Shown: piece by piece, positions 24,280 to 32,000 of the stretch | Position numbering within the stretch: the first letter of the stretch is position 1 | How the letters are laid out: the number at the start of each line of letters is the position of its first letter | Assembly (NCBI RefSeq): GCF_000020025.1 | Contig: NC_010628.1 | Span: 2,550,001-2,582,000, forward strand | DNA length: 32,000 nucleotides | From: Nostoc punctiforme PCC 73102 | GTDB taxonomy: Bacteria > Cyanobacteriota > Cyanobacteriia > Cyanobacteriales > Nostocaceae | Reading direction: 5' to 3' | Translations under genes and position numbers: made by a program | Notes under the pieces: generated by a model | Seen by the model: the letters and a program-made list of their open reading frames with translations, nothing else | Database searches by the model: none | What the model was told of the DNA's origin: nothing

Positions 24280-24769
24280 AAAGTTTGACGTACTGTTTCA
24301 TCTGAGATTGAATCTATGATACCAACGTTCACTAAATGATCTGCTAATAATTGCATTGTCCAACGCACTCTTCCTTCTGGCGGATTAGAACAAGCTGTTG
24401 CAATCAAAAATGCTTCTTGCTTTTCATCTAATTTTTTATGTTTTGGTGGATGAACTTCATCCTTTAAAGCAAAATCTAACCCTCCAATGACAAATTTTTC
24501 TCGTATTCGTTGCACTGTTGCAACATGCGCTCTAACTATGCTAGCGATCGCTTGATCCGTTTCTCCTTCGGAAGCCATCAAAAGAATGTTTGCACGGCTT
24601 ATGGTTCTTGCCTTATGCTTACCTTTCTTAATTATCGATTGCAGTTGGGAAACTTCATCTTCATTCAAGTCAACAATGTACTTTTTTGCCATGTTACACC
24701 CCGTTTTTGGCTATTTTACCAATTAGAGGTTTTACTTAGCAAAGTTACCTTGGTACACTACTAGAAAGT

Positions 24770-25269
24770 GCTTTAAAAATTCTTGAGCAACCCGATCTGG
24801 TACTACTTCCCGCATGACAATAGCCTCGCTCAACAATATAAGAACTAACTAACATAATCGCTGGATGCGAATCCGAGTTAGGGTTATCATTTTCAATCTG
24901 ATATGAACCCTTGAGGACTTTACCATCTAACCCAACAGTTTCTCCAGTATTTGGTTGTACATTAAAGAATTTGCTCAGACATACGGAATAATCTTCGTAA
25001 TCTACGTGTAATAAGGCACGACGTACAGTGCTATAAGATGGTAGTCTATTTTTTGGCGGTTGAAAAAGTTCAATCCACGGCTCACGGTAGCTTGAAATCC
25101 AGTCTCCAATTGCTAAAAATCCTTTGTTCCCTGCTGCGATGCCTACGGCGGGCTGCGCCTACGCCAATGTGAAAAGTGCCAAAGATAATGGTAGATTATG
25201 TCTCTGTCCGGCGCGGCGACGGGGGTCTTTTAGACCTGCAAAAGCTTTGATAATTTCGATTTCAGACAC
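24770..25269 (-). pseudogene. ISAs1-family transposase N-terminal remnant
   Basis: The minus strand reads VSEIEIIKAFAGLKDPRRRAGQRHNLPLSLALFTLA-stop-...AAGNKGFLAIGDWISSYREPWIELFQPPKNRLPSYSTVRRALLHVDYEDYSVCLSKFFN...LDGKVLKGSY. The LKDPR and RH.L blocks are typical of ISAs1 (H-repeat) transposases. It is interrupted by a 24-nt insert and truncated next to the IS630 end. Confidence 0.6.
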
Positions 25270-26411
25270 GGTAATAGATGCTTGAAGTAGAATTGGCGCT
25301 GCACCTTACCATATCGCGTCTACATTTACAATGAAATAGCCCTGGCTACGACGATGGAGAAAAAATTTTTATCACTAGCTGCATAATATTGATTTGCTCA
25401 CACCCATAGATATCAGGACTTACGCAACTGGCACAATGCGATCGCCAGTTGATAGTACATGAGTATTAATTAAATCTGATTTTGAAAGCCTTGTCTTCGT
25501 AATAGAAGTCGCTGTCTTGGAAGCAAAGCATGAAATATTCATGAGAAAATAGGTAGAAGTTGTATTAGATAAATTTGCTAACGGTAATGAGATTTACTAA
25601 GCTTAGTTACTGCCAATACTTATTAAGTAGTCAAATTAATTATACAATTACCAATTTGGCAGAGCATTTAGAGAGTATTAGTCATGATGCCATTAACTAT
25701 TATTTGAAAAGAGAGAAATTAACACCTCGTTTACTATGGGATAACGTGAAAGACCTAGTTGAACCTGATGACAATGGTTACATAATATTTGATGATAGCG
25801 TTTTAGATAAAAGGTATTCTGAAGAAATAGAAATAGTCAGAAGACAATATAGTGGTAATGAGCATGGTGTCCTTAAAGGCATTGGTGTAGTTAACTGCGT
25901 GTATGTCAACCCTACACTTCAAAGATTTTGGGTCATAGATTATCGAATTTTAATCCTGATGTCGATGGCAAAACTAAGATAGACCATGTGAAAGACATGC
26001 TCCAAAGCCTTATGTATCATAAGTTTTTACCATTTGATACTGTTTTGATGGATACATGGTATGCGGTACACAGTTTAATGCTATATATTGATAGCTTAGA
26101 CAAAATTTATTATTGCCCTTTAAAAAATAATCGTTTAGTTGATGATACTTTTGATAAAAAAATATAAACGGATTGAATTATTAGAATGGAACCAAGAAGA
26201 ATTAGACTGTGGTAAAATCATAAAAATTAAAGGGTTCCCAGCTAATAAAAAAGTGAAACTATTCCGGGTTACTGTTTCTACCAACAGAACGGATTATGTC
26301 GCCACTAACGATTTATCTCAAAGTTCCACGGATGTTGTACAAGAGGTGTGTAAAATTCGTTGGAACATAGAGGAGTTTCACAGGGAAATTAAACAACTAA
26401 CTGGCATTGAA

Positions 26412-27583
26412 TGGGAGCATCCACTTTTGGAAGATATACAAGTTCTGGAAGAATATAACAACAGATAAAACCTGTGGATGACTCACCATGAACCAGGAAA
26501 AACAAGAACGCATCAAAGCCTGTTTACAAGAATTGTCAACACTGCTGTATGAAGAAGCAGATAAAAGTAAGCTGACAGACCTCGAAAGTATAGAAAAAAC
26601 AGTTCGGAGTCAAATATTAGAACTAGTCAGCCCAGAAATAGCCCTTTTTTTATCGAACAAAAAACTGGAACAAAAGTAGGTAAAACCAGGAAGATTAAAA
26701 GCTTAGTGGGGGAACTGAAATTAAAAGCGAAACAGATACACAGACTGGGTTTAAAGCCAAGAAGTCGTTTAAGTCCATTACTTCAAAAGTGCTGTTTGAG
26801 GCTATCAGCAAATGAATCATACCAAAAAGCAGAAATCGAGATTGAGGCATTAACAGGGGTGAAAGTTGGTCACACGACACAACAAAAACTAGTTCTCGAA
26901 CAGGACTTTCAGCTACCATTTGCAAAACAAGCTGTGTCAGAACTGAGTGTGGATGGTGGAAAAGTCCGGCTTACAGGTAAACCCAAAGTAGGCTGTCACT
27001 GGCGAGACTATAAAACCGTTCGTTTGCAAGGGATTTACTATGGTGCGTTTTTTGATGACAACCAATCATTAATCGATTATGTCAATAGCCAATGTTTGGT
27101 GAATCCACTTGTTTGCTTGGGAGATGGTCATGATGGAGTTTGGAATTTAGTTAAAGAGTTTGGAACTGAACAATTTGAACGTTGGGAAATTTCGGATTGG
27201 TATCACCTCAAGGAAAATCTTTATAAAATTGGTGGTTCTCTAAAGCGTCTCAAAGCTGCTGAGAGTTTATTGTGGCAAGGTCAGATAGAGCAAATTCAGG
27301 CTTTATTTAATAATTGCCGAGGTAAACAAATTAAGAAGTTTATCGCTTATCTCGAAAAACATCGCTCTCGCATTATTAACTACAGCTATTACCAAGCTGA
27401 ACAACTGTGTTCTATTGGTTCTGGTTCTGTCGAGTCTGCTATTAAACAGATTGGAGCAAGGATTAAAATTTCCGGCGCACAGTGGAATGTTGAAAGTGTC
27501 AACCAAATCCTTTCCCTTCGTTGTGCTTATCTCAATGGTTTACTTGCTATTTGAGTCTTTCTGCCAAAACTGGATGCTCCCCA
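26412..27583 (+). mobile_element. second IS (ISKra4-like transposase) inserted into the transposase gene of the first
   Basis: The ends TGGGAGCATCCACTTTTGG (from 26412) and CCAAAACTGGATGCTCCCCA (to 27583) are inverted repeats. ATTGAA is present at both junctions. Removing the element restores ...KQLTGIE|SCQCRK... in the host transposase. Confidence 0.75.
26488..27554 (+). pseudogene. transposase of the nested IS, split by a frameshift in a T7 run (26645..26651)
   Basis: The 63-aa ORF and the 282-aa ORF join as ...SPEIALFFIEQKTGTKVGKTRKIKSLVGELKLK if one T is removed. The large part has LVCLGDGHDGVWNL...DWYHLKENLYK...GSGSVESAIKQI...SGAQW. I recall this pattern from ISKra4-type transposases, but the family assignment is tentative. 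Confidence 0.55.
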
Positions 27584-27993
27584 TTGAATCTTGTCAGTGC
27601 CGGAAAGCTAGGCTTCAAAGAAATCATATTGCTTGTGCAATGTTGGTTTGGGTTAGGTTAAAGAATTTAGCCTATAGAACTAGCCAAACTATCTATCAAA
27701 TCAAGCATAACTTGCTTTCTAATTATTTAATTCAGCAACTGAAATGCCCAAGTATTCTTATGTGCTTGGTTTGATTTAAATTGTCGCGTGTCAAGGCTGC
27801 GCCCTGCCCGCTATTTGTGCCAGTTGCGTAAGTCCTGGATATATAGAAGTCAAGTTTCACATCATCAAGATAAACAATATATGTCAACGCAAGCTGTTGG
27901 AGCAATTCGTATTCAGTGGTAAGTGGGGAGATCCTTCGTCGCTAGTGCTGAAGTGATTCTACGCGTTCCTATTATCTATCAAGGAGAAAACAC

Positions 27994-28356
27994 ATGGCGA
28001 CAATTACTACAACTAATCTTGAACAGTTTTACTTTCGTATTATTACCGTTTTCGGTCTGACTTTACTGATAGCGACAGTAGCAAGTCCTGCTTTTGCTCG
28101 TTCTGCTACTTGTAGAAAAAGAGATGGTACAGAAAAGAAAACTGGTATTATATTAAGAGGAATCAATAATCGAAATAGATTGTTGGTAGATGATGGTGGA
28201 AATTCTCCTGCTTCTTTCCAAGCCAGTTGCTATAGCGCGGCGGTTATAGGTGACGAATTATTGGCTAACTGCCTCAAAATTAATCGAACAGAGGCGGTCT
28301 TTAACAAAATAAAAATTCAAGGAATCCGCAACGAAAATGGGAGCTTGAAATATTAG
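27994..28356 (+). CDS. small secreted protein with partial cyanovirin-N homology (CVNH-like) domain
   Basis: AAGGAG lies 8 nt before the ATG, and the signal peptide ends ...ATVASPAFA|RS. The C-terminal half PASFQASCYSAAVIGDELLANCLKINRTEAVFNKIKIQGIRNENGSLKY aligns by eye with cyanovirin-N residues 51-101 (PSNFIETCRNTQLAGSSELAAECKTRAQQFVSTKINLDDHIANIDGTLKYE). ATCRKRDGTEKKTGIILRGINNRN resembles CV-N residues 20-45. Confidence 0.6.
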   Translation: MATITTTNLEQFYFRIITVFGLTLLIATVASPAFARSATCRKRDGTEKKTGIILRGINNRNRLLVDDGGNSPASFQASCYSAAVIGDELLANCLKINRTEAVFNKIKIQGIRNENGSLKY

Positions 28357-28514
28357 AGTCGTTTTAACCAATACCTTTGGTGCGGCTGAACTTAAAGTCA
28401 TACTACTCAAGTTCATCAGTCGGCTGGCGATCGCCATTTTAAATTTGAGCTAACTCATATTCTCACAACTAGCGATTCTTAAATATTTCGCAGGTTTAAA
28501 CAGGAGGTTCATAA

Positions 28515-29473
28515 ATGAAGATTTTTGTTGCAGGCGCAACGGGAGCGATCGGTCGTCCCTTAATCTCGCAACTGCTAGCGCAAGGACATGAAGTAGTTGC
28601 GTTGACACGTTCTCTAGAAAAAGCACAAACTTTAGCTGAACAAGGCGTGGAATTAGCGATTAGGCAGAGCCTACGCTTCGCGATCGCAGATGTGTTCGAT
28701 GCAGATGCTGTTAAAGCTGCCATCACCAGCGTTCAGCCGGAAGTGGTGATTGAACAACTCACTTCCCTGCCGAAAACCTATACTAGGGAGTCGATGAGTG
28801 CAGCATCAGCCCTGAATACTCGCATCGTCGAGAAGGAGGTGCCAATGTGCTGGCAGCAGCGCAAGCGGCTGGCGTGCGCCGTTATCTGAGGCAGTCGATC
28901 GCATTTTGGGCGATTCCCGGCGCAGGCTTGGCAGACGAAGAAACGCCATTAGCTTTTGATGCCTCGCCTGCGGTAGCAGCAGATGCTCACATAGTCACTG
29001 AGATCGAGCGTCACTTACTAGGGAACGCCAACCTAGAAGGAATTGCTCTGCGTTATGGCTTCCTTTACGGGCCCGGTACCTGGTTTGCCCCCGATGGCGA
29101 TGTTGCCCAACAGGTGCGACAGCAACAGTTCCCAATCGTTGGGAATGGGGAAGGTGTATGGTCGTGGATTCATATTGAAGATGCAGCGATCGCCACAGTT
29201 GCAGCAGAACGAGGCAATCCTGGCATTTACCTGATTACGGACGATCGACCCTTAGCAGTGCGCCAGTGGCTTTCTGCTTATGCCCAATGGCTCAATGCTC
29301 CACCACCTCCGCAAGTATCGGTTGAGGATGCTCTGCGAATTAGTGGTGCGGATGCTGTCTATTATGGTACTAAGATGCGAGGTGCATCGAATGCTAAGGC
29401 AAAACGCGAATTAAATTTTCAGCCCCGACCCTTGGAATGGATAGTGGACACCGCCGTGGCTCATGCCAGTTAA
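28515..29473 (+). pseudogene. NAD(P)-binding epimerase/dehydratase (atypical SDR) gene, frameshifted and carrying a 24-nt in-frame insert
   Basis: AGGAGG precedes the ATG, and the N-terminus is MKIFVAGATGAIGRPLISQLLAQGHEVVALTRS (Rossmann fold). The reading frame switches by -1 near 28824..28830: ...ALNTRI in frame 0 continues as RREGGANVLAAAQAAGVRRYL in ORF 28847..29473. An extra RQSLRFAI sits at 28662..28685. Confidence 0.75.
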
Positions 29474-29493
29474 AAATTTAGGGGAGAAGAAAG

Positions 29494-29901
29494 ATGAAGA
29501 TTGCTCAATATGGAACAGCGCTCGTGGTCATCCATGCGATCGTACACGGACTGCATGGTTTAGCGCATGTGGAAATCCCAGTTCCCCTCTCAATACTTCA
29601 GAGTTTATTTGTGGGTATTGTGATTTATGCAATTCCCATCATTGCAGTCGTTTTACTTTGGACACAGTTTTACCGCATTGGTAGCTGGCTCTTGCTGGGT
29701 TCAATGGCAGCATCAGTTCTTTTTGGAATCTACAATCATTTGATCGTAATTACCCCCGATCATGTTTCTCAAGTTTCCTTTGAAGGTTGGGGTCTGCTAT
29801 TCCAAATCACAGCCATTCTGACATTAATTGTGGATGGATTCGGCTGTTGGATTGGCATCTGGGCATTGAAAACCTTTCAGCAACCAGAAAAGATTATATG
29901 A
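29494..29901 (+). CDS. hypothetical small integral membrane protein (about 4 TM helices)
   Basis: GGGGAGAAGAAAG precedes the ATG. The 135-aa protein has four hydrophobic stretches and a His-rich first helix (VVIHAIVHGLHGLAH). No family was recognised. Confidence 0.5.
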   Translation: MKIAQYGTALVVIHAIVHGLHGLAHVEIPVPLSILQSLFVGIVIYAIPIIAVVLLWTQFYRIGSWLLLGSMAASVLFGIYNHLIVITPDHVSQVSFEGWGLLFQITAILTLIVDGFGCWIGIWALKTFQQPEKII

Positions 29902-30026
29902 ATTGTTTCGATAATTTTAACCACCATCATCTGTTATTGTTTACTTGCTTGCTCCCAATTTAGAGAAGTTTTCTTTCATTAGAAATACACACTGAATTAG
30001 CCAATTTCTCATTGTACGGTATCTAA

Positions 30027-30770
30027 ATGAACCACATACTCAAGAATAAACGCGCACTCATTACTGGAGGCAGTCGTGGCATTGGGGCAGCGATCGTCAA
30101 GCGTTTAGCTAGTGTTGGCGCTGATGTCGCCTTCACCTATGCTAGCTCACCCGATCGCGCGAACGAAATCGTCCAGGCAGCACAAGCATTAAATGTCCAG
30201 GCTCTTGCTATCCAAGCTGACAGTGCCGAAGCTAGTGCAGTGGTTGCCGCTGTTGAGGACACTGTAAATAAATTGGGCGGCATTGATATTCTCGTCAACA
30301 ATGCAGGCGTGCTAGCAATCGGCCCAATCGACGATTTCACGCTGGCGGACTTCGATCGAACCTTTGCCATTAACGTGCGTGCCGTGTTTGTGGCGACGCA
30401 AGCCGCAGTCAAGCACATGAAAGAGGGCGGACGCATCATCAACATCGGCAGCACCAACGCCGAACGTATGCCATTTCCTGGTGGCAGCGTATATGCCATG
30501 AGTAAATCTGCTCTGCAAGGGCTTGTGCAAGGACTGTCGCGTGACCTTGGCCCACGCGGAATTACGATCAACAACGTGCAGCCCGGGCCAATCGCTACAG
30601 AGATGAATCCCTCGGAGGGTGAGTTTGCCGAGATGCTCAAAAAGCACATTGCGGTAGCCCGCTACGGCACGGTTGATGAGGTGGCGGGGCTGGTTGCTTA
30701 TCTGGCCGGCCCTGAGTCTGGTTACATCACCGGCGCAAACCTGATGATTGACGGAGGGTTCAGCGCATAA
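30027..30770 (+). CDS. short-chain dehydrogenase/reductase (3-oxoacyl-ACP reductase-like)
   Basis: Contains KRALITGGSRGIGAAIV (TGxxxGxG), NNAG, and YAMSKSAL (YxxxK). Length is 247 aa. Confidence 0.9.
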   Translation: MNHILKNKRALITGGSRGIGAAIVKRLASVGADVAFTYASSPDRANEIVQAAQALNVQALAIQADSAEASAVVAAVEDTVNKLGGIDILVNNAGVLAIGPIDDFTLADFDRTFAINVRAVFVATQAAVKHMKEGGRIINIGSTNAERMPFPGGSVYAMSKSALQGLVQGLSRDLGPRGITINNVQPGPIATEMNPSEGEFAEMLKKHIAVARYGTVDEVAGLVAYLAGPESGYITGANLMIDGGFSA

Positions 30771-30846
30771 CTGCTGTCCGATTGAGCGATGGCACAAAGC
30801 GCCCCCTGGAAGCGATCGCATTTATTTCTCATAGGGTTGATAAGAT

Positions 30847-31494
30847 ATGTTTGATCTTGACCAAACTATTAAAGACCGACACTCAACACGCAAATTCTTA
30901 TCTCAACCAGTACCACGGGCTTTGCTCGATGAAGCCCTGGCTCTAGCGCAGCTAGCACCGTCGAATTCAAACATTCAGCCGTGGCGGTTGGTGTTTGCCC
31001 AAGGCGATCGCCGCGATCGCTTGCAAGAGGCTTTGCTAAACCAAGCCAAGCAGCAGCCCAACGTCTCTCCTCTGCCTTCCGCCTTCCAGTATTACCGCCA
31101 GGAACTGGGAGCGCAAGTCTACGGGGCGATGGGGATTACTCGTGACGATAAAGCGAACAGACAGTTGGCGGTTCTGCGTAATTACGAATTTTTTGGCGCA
31201 CCAATGGTTGCTATTGTCTGTATGCACCAAGATTTGGGCGTTGCTGATGCTTTAAGTGTGGGGATGTATTTACAAACGCTGGTGTTAAGTCTAACCGCTC
31301 GTGGCATTGGCACCTGCGTAGAAGTTTCGCTAGCGACTTATCCCGAAATCATCCGCAACGAATTGAACATCTCACCGGAATTATTAATCATTTGTGGTTT
31401 AGCCGTTGGCTATCCCGATCCTGATTTTCCCGCTAATCATCTGCATATAAGCCGTGAGTCCGTTGAGAAAAACGTCTCGTTTCAGGGCGATTGA
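30847..31494 (+). CDS. nitroreductase-family flavoprotein
   Basis: Contains RHSTRKFLSQPVP and LAPSNSNIQPWRLVF, the characteristic N-terminal nitroreductase motifs. Length is 215 aa. Confidence 0.85.
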   Translation: MFDLDQTIKDRHSTRKFLSQPVPRALLDEALALAQLAPSNSNIQPWRLVFAQGDRRDRLQEALLNQAKQQPNVSPLPSAFQYYRQELGAQVYGAMGITRDDKANRQLAVLRNYEFFGAPMVAIVCMHQDLGVADALSVGMYLQTLVLSLTARGIGTCVEVSLATYPEIIRNELNISPELLIICGLAVGYPDPDFPANHLHISRESVEKNVSFQGD

Positions 31495-31669
31495 CAAAAG
31501 GCTGGATTTTTTTCTACTAGACGCTAAACACAAGTCCAAAAGAGTATCTGCGTTCCTACTGCCATTAATGAACGATCTTTGTTGAAGTTTTTTATTTACA
31601 AGAAATTAAAGATGAAGATTGCTCAATATGGTTTAAAAATTCTTTGATTTGTTTGATTCAGGAGATTTT

Positions 31670-32000
31670 ATGTTTAGCAAGATTCTAGCTGCAATTGACC
31701 GTTCCGCAAATGGTAATGCTGTTTTTGATGAAGCGCTTACTCTAGCAAAGGCAACTAAAGCAAGCCTGATGCTGTTGCATATCCTATCTAGTGAAGAAAA
31801 GGATAGCCCCCAAACACCTACACTGCTTACTCTCGAATACCACCCATTGAATGGAGAACTTCTAGAGAATTATTGGAAGCAGTGGCAAACTTACGAAGAA
31901 GAGGGTTTCAAATTATTGCGATCGTACACAGAGTTAGCAACCAATGCCGGGGTGAGTACTGAATTCACCCAAAATTCTGGCAATCCCAGCCGGAATATCT
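31670..32000 (+). CDS. universal stress protein (UspA family), partial; runs off the right edge
   Basis: Not in the track because no stop lies in the window. AGGAG lies 6 nt before the ATG at 31670. The translation MFSKILAAIDRSANGNAVFDEALTLAKATKASLMLLHILS... is a typical Usp N-terminus. Confidence 0.75.
   Translation, partial: MFSKILAAIDRSANGNAVFDEALTLAKATKASLMLLHILSSEEKDSPQTPTLLTLEYHPLNGELLENYWKQWQTYEEEGFKLLRSYTELATNAGVSTEFTQNSGNPSRNI

Larger units (their letters stand above)
23525..24692 (-). pseudogene. IS630 transposase in three pieces: orfA HTH, DDE core, C-terminal piece separated by a 56-nt insert
   Basis: orfA ends ...[15 protein letters not shown]. The DDE core carries KEQWCIPE...VCFDE...VVDNLNIHT...[10 protein letters not shown], and the tail carries LNQVEIELSVLSRQCL. 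The first junction is an A8 slippery run. The second junction is interrupted by a hairpin repeat that introduces TGA and a frame change. Confidence 0.8.
23501..24764 (-). mobile_element. IS630-family insertion sequence
   Basis: Imperfect terminal inverted repeats: ctagtagtctgccaagctaactttgcta (23500..23527) versus the reverse complement of 24737..24764, ctagtagtgtaccaaggtaactttgcta (25 of 28 identical). TA dinucleotides occur at both junctions, consistent with IS630/Tc1 TA targeting. The element encodes a split IS630 transposase. Confidence 0.85.
25414..27837 (+). mobile_element. degenerate DDE-transposase insertion sequence (IS4/IS701-like, family unresolved) carrying a second IS
   Basis: Exact 23-nt terminal inverted repeats: caggacttacgcaactggcacaa at 25414..25436 equals the reverse complement of 27815..27837. 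GATAT flanks both ends (25409..25413 and 27838..27842). The transposase reading frame is spread over 25575..25982, 25928..26167 and 26139..26408, and resumes at about 27589..27774 (ESCQCRKARLQRNHIACAM...). That is two frameshifts plus one insertion. Confidence 0.8.

Noticed and set aside
30137-30821. Minus-strand ORFs 30137..30649 and 30312..30821 (about 170 aa each), and 31036..31230
   Set aside because: They lie antisense to the SDR and nitroreductase genes, which have strong motif support. These are long reverse-frame ORFs typical of GC-rich genes.

Overview
The window looks like chromosomal DNA of a filamentous (Nostocales-type) cyanobacterium. The HIP1 octamer GCGATCGC occurs at least 24 times, a TTGGTCA-type heptamer (STRR) array is present, and intergenic DNA is full of small hairpin or MITE-like repeats.

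Layout:
- 1-5.7 kb (minus strand): a compact specialised-metabolism set. It comprises a KASIII-like enzyme, an FkbH-like glyceryl-ACP synthase, an ACP and an E2-type acyltransferase, which is the gene content of tetronate 'glycerate utilisation' cassettes. It also has an Sfp-type PPTase, a second carrier protein and the start of an FAD enzyme.
- 5.8-9.7 kb: an AraC-output response regulator whose phospho-acceptor Asp is Asn, a tandem-RHH protein, a small Mo-nitrogenase-C-like protein, and a 1.5 kb ORF-free AT-rich gap.
- 9.7-14.8 kb (plus strand, much more GC-rich): a ThDP (acetolactate-synthase-fold) enzyme, a second atypical KASIII-like enzyme, a secreted PEP-CTERM GDSL esterase and an SDR.
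- 15.3-18.8 kb: a 1175-aa HTH / NB-ARC / pentapeptide / 14xWD40 STAND protein.
- 19.9-21.2 kb: a membrane-anchored tyrosinase.
- 21.5-27.8 kb: an insertion-sequence graveyard. It holds an IS110 remnant, a stand-alone CHASE2 gene, an IS630 with an A8 frameshift site and a 56-nt hairpin insert, an ISAs1 remnant, and one IS nested inside another.
- 28-32 kb: a CVNH-like secreted protein, a broken NAD-binding gene carrying a 24-nt in-frame mini-insert, a membrane protein, an SDR, a nitroreductase and a partial Usp.

No rRNA, tRNA or CRISPR array was recognised. All functional calls come from motifs read by eye in the supplied translations; no database search was possible.
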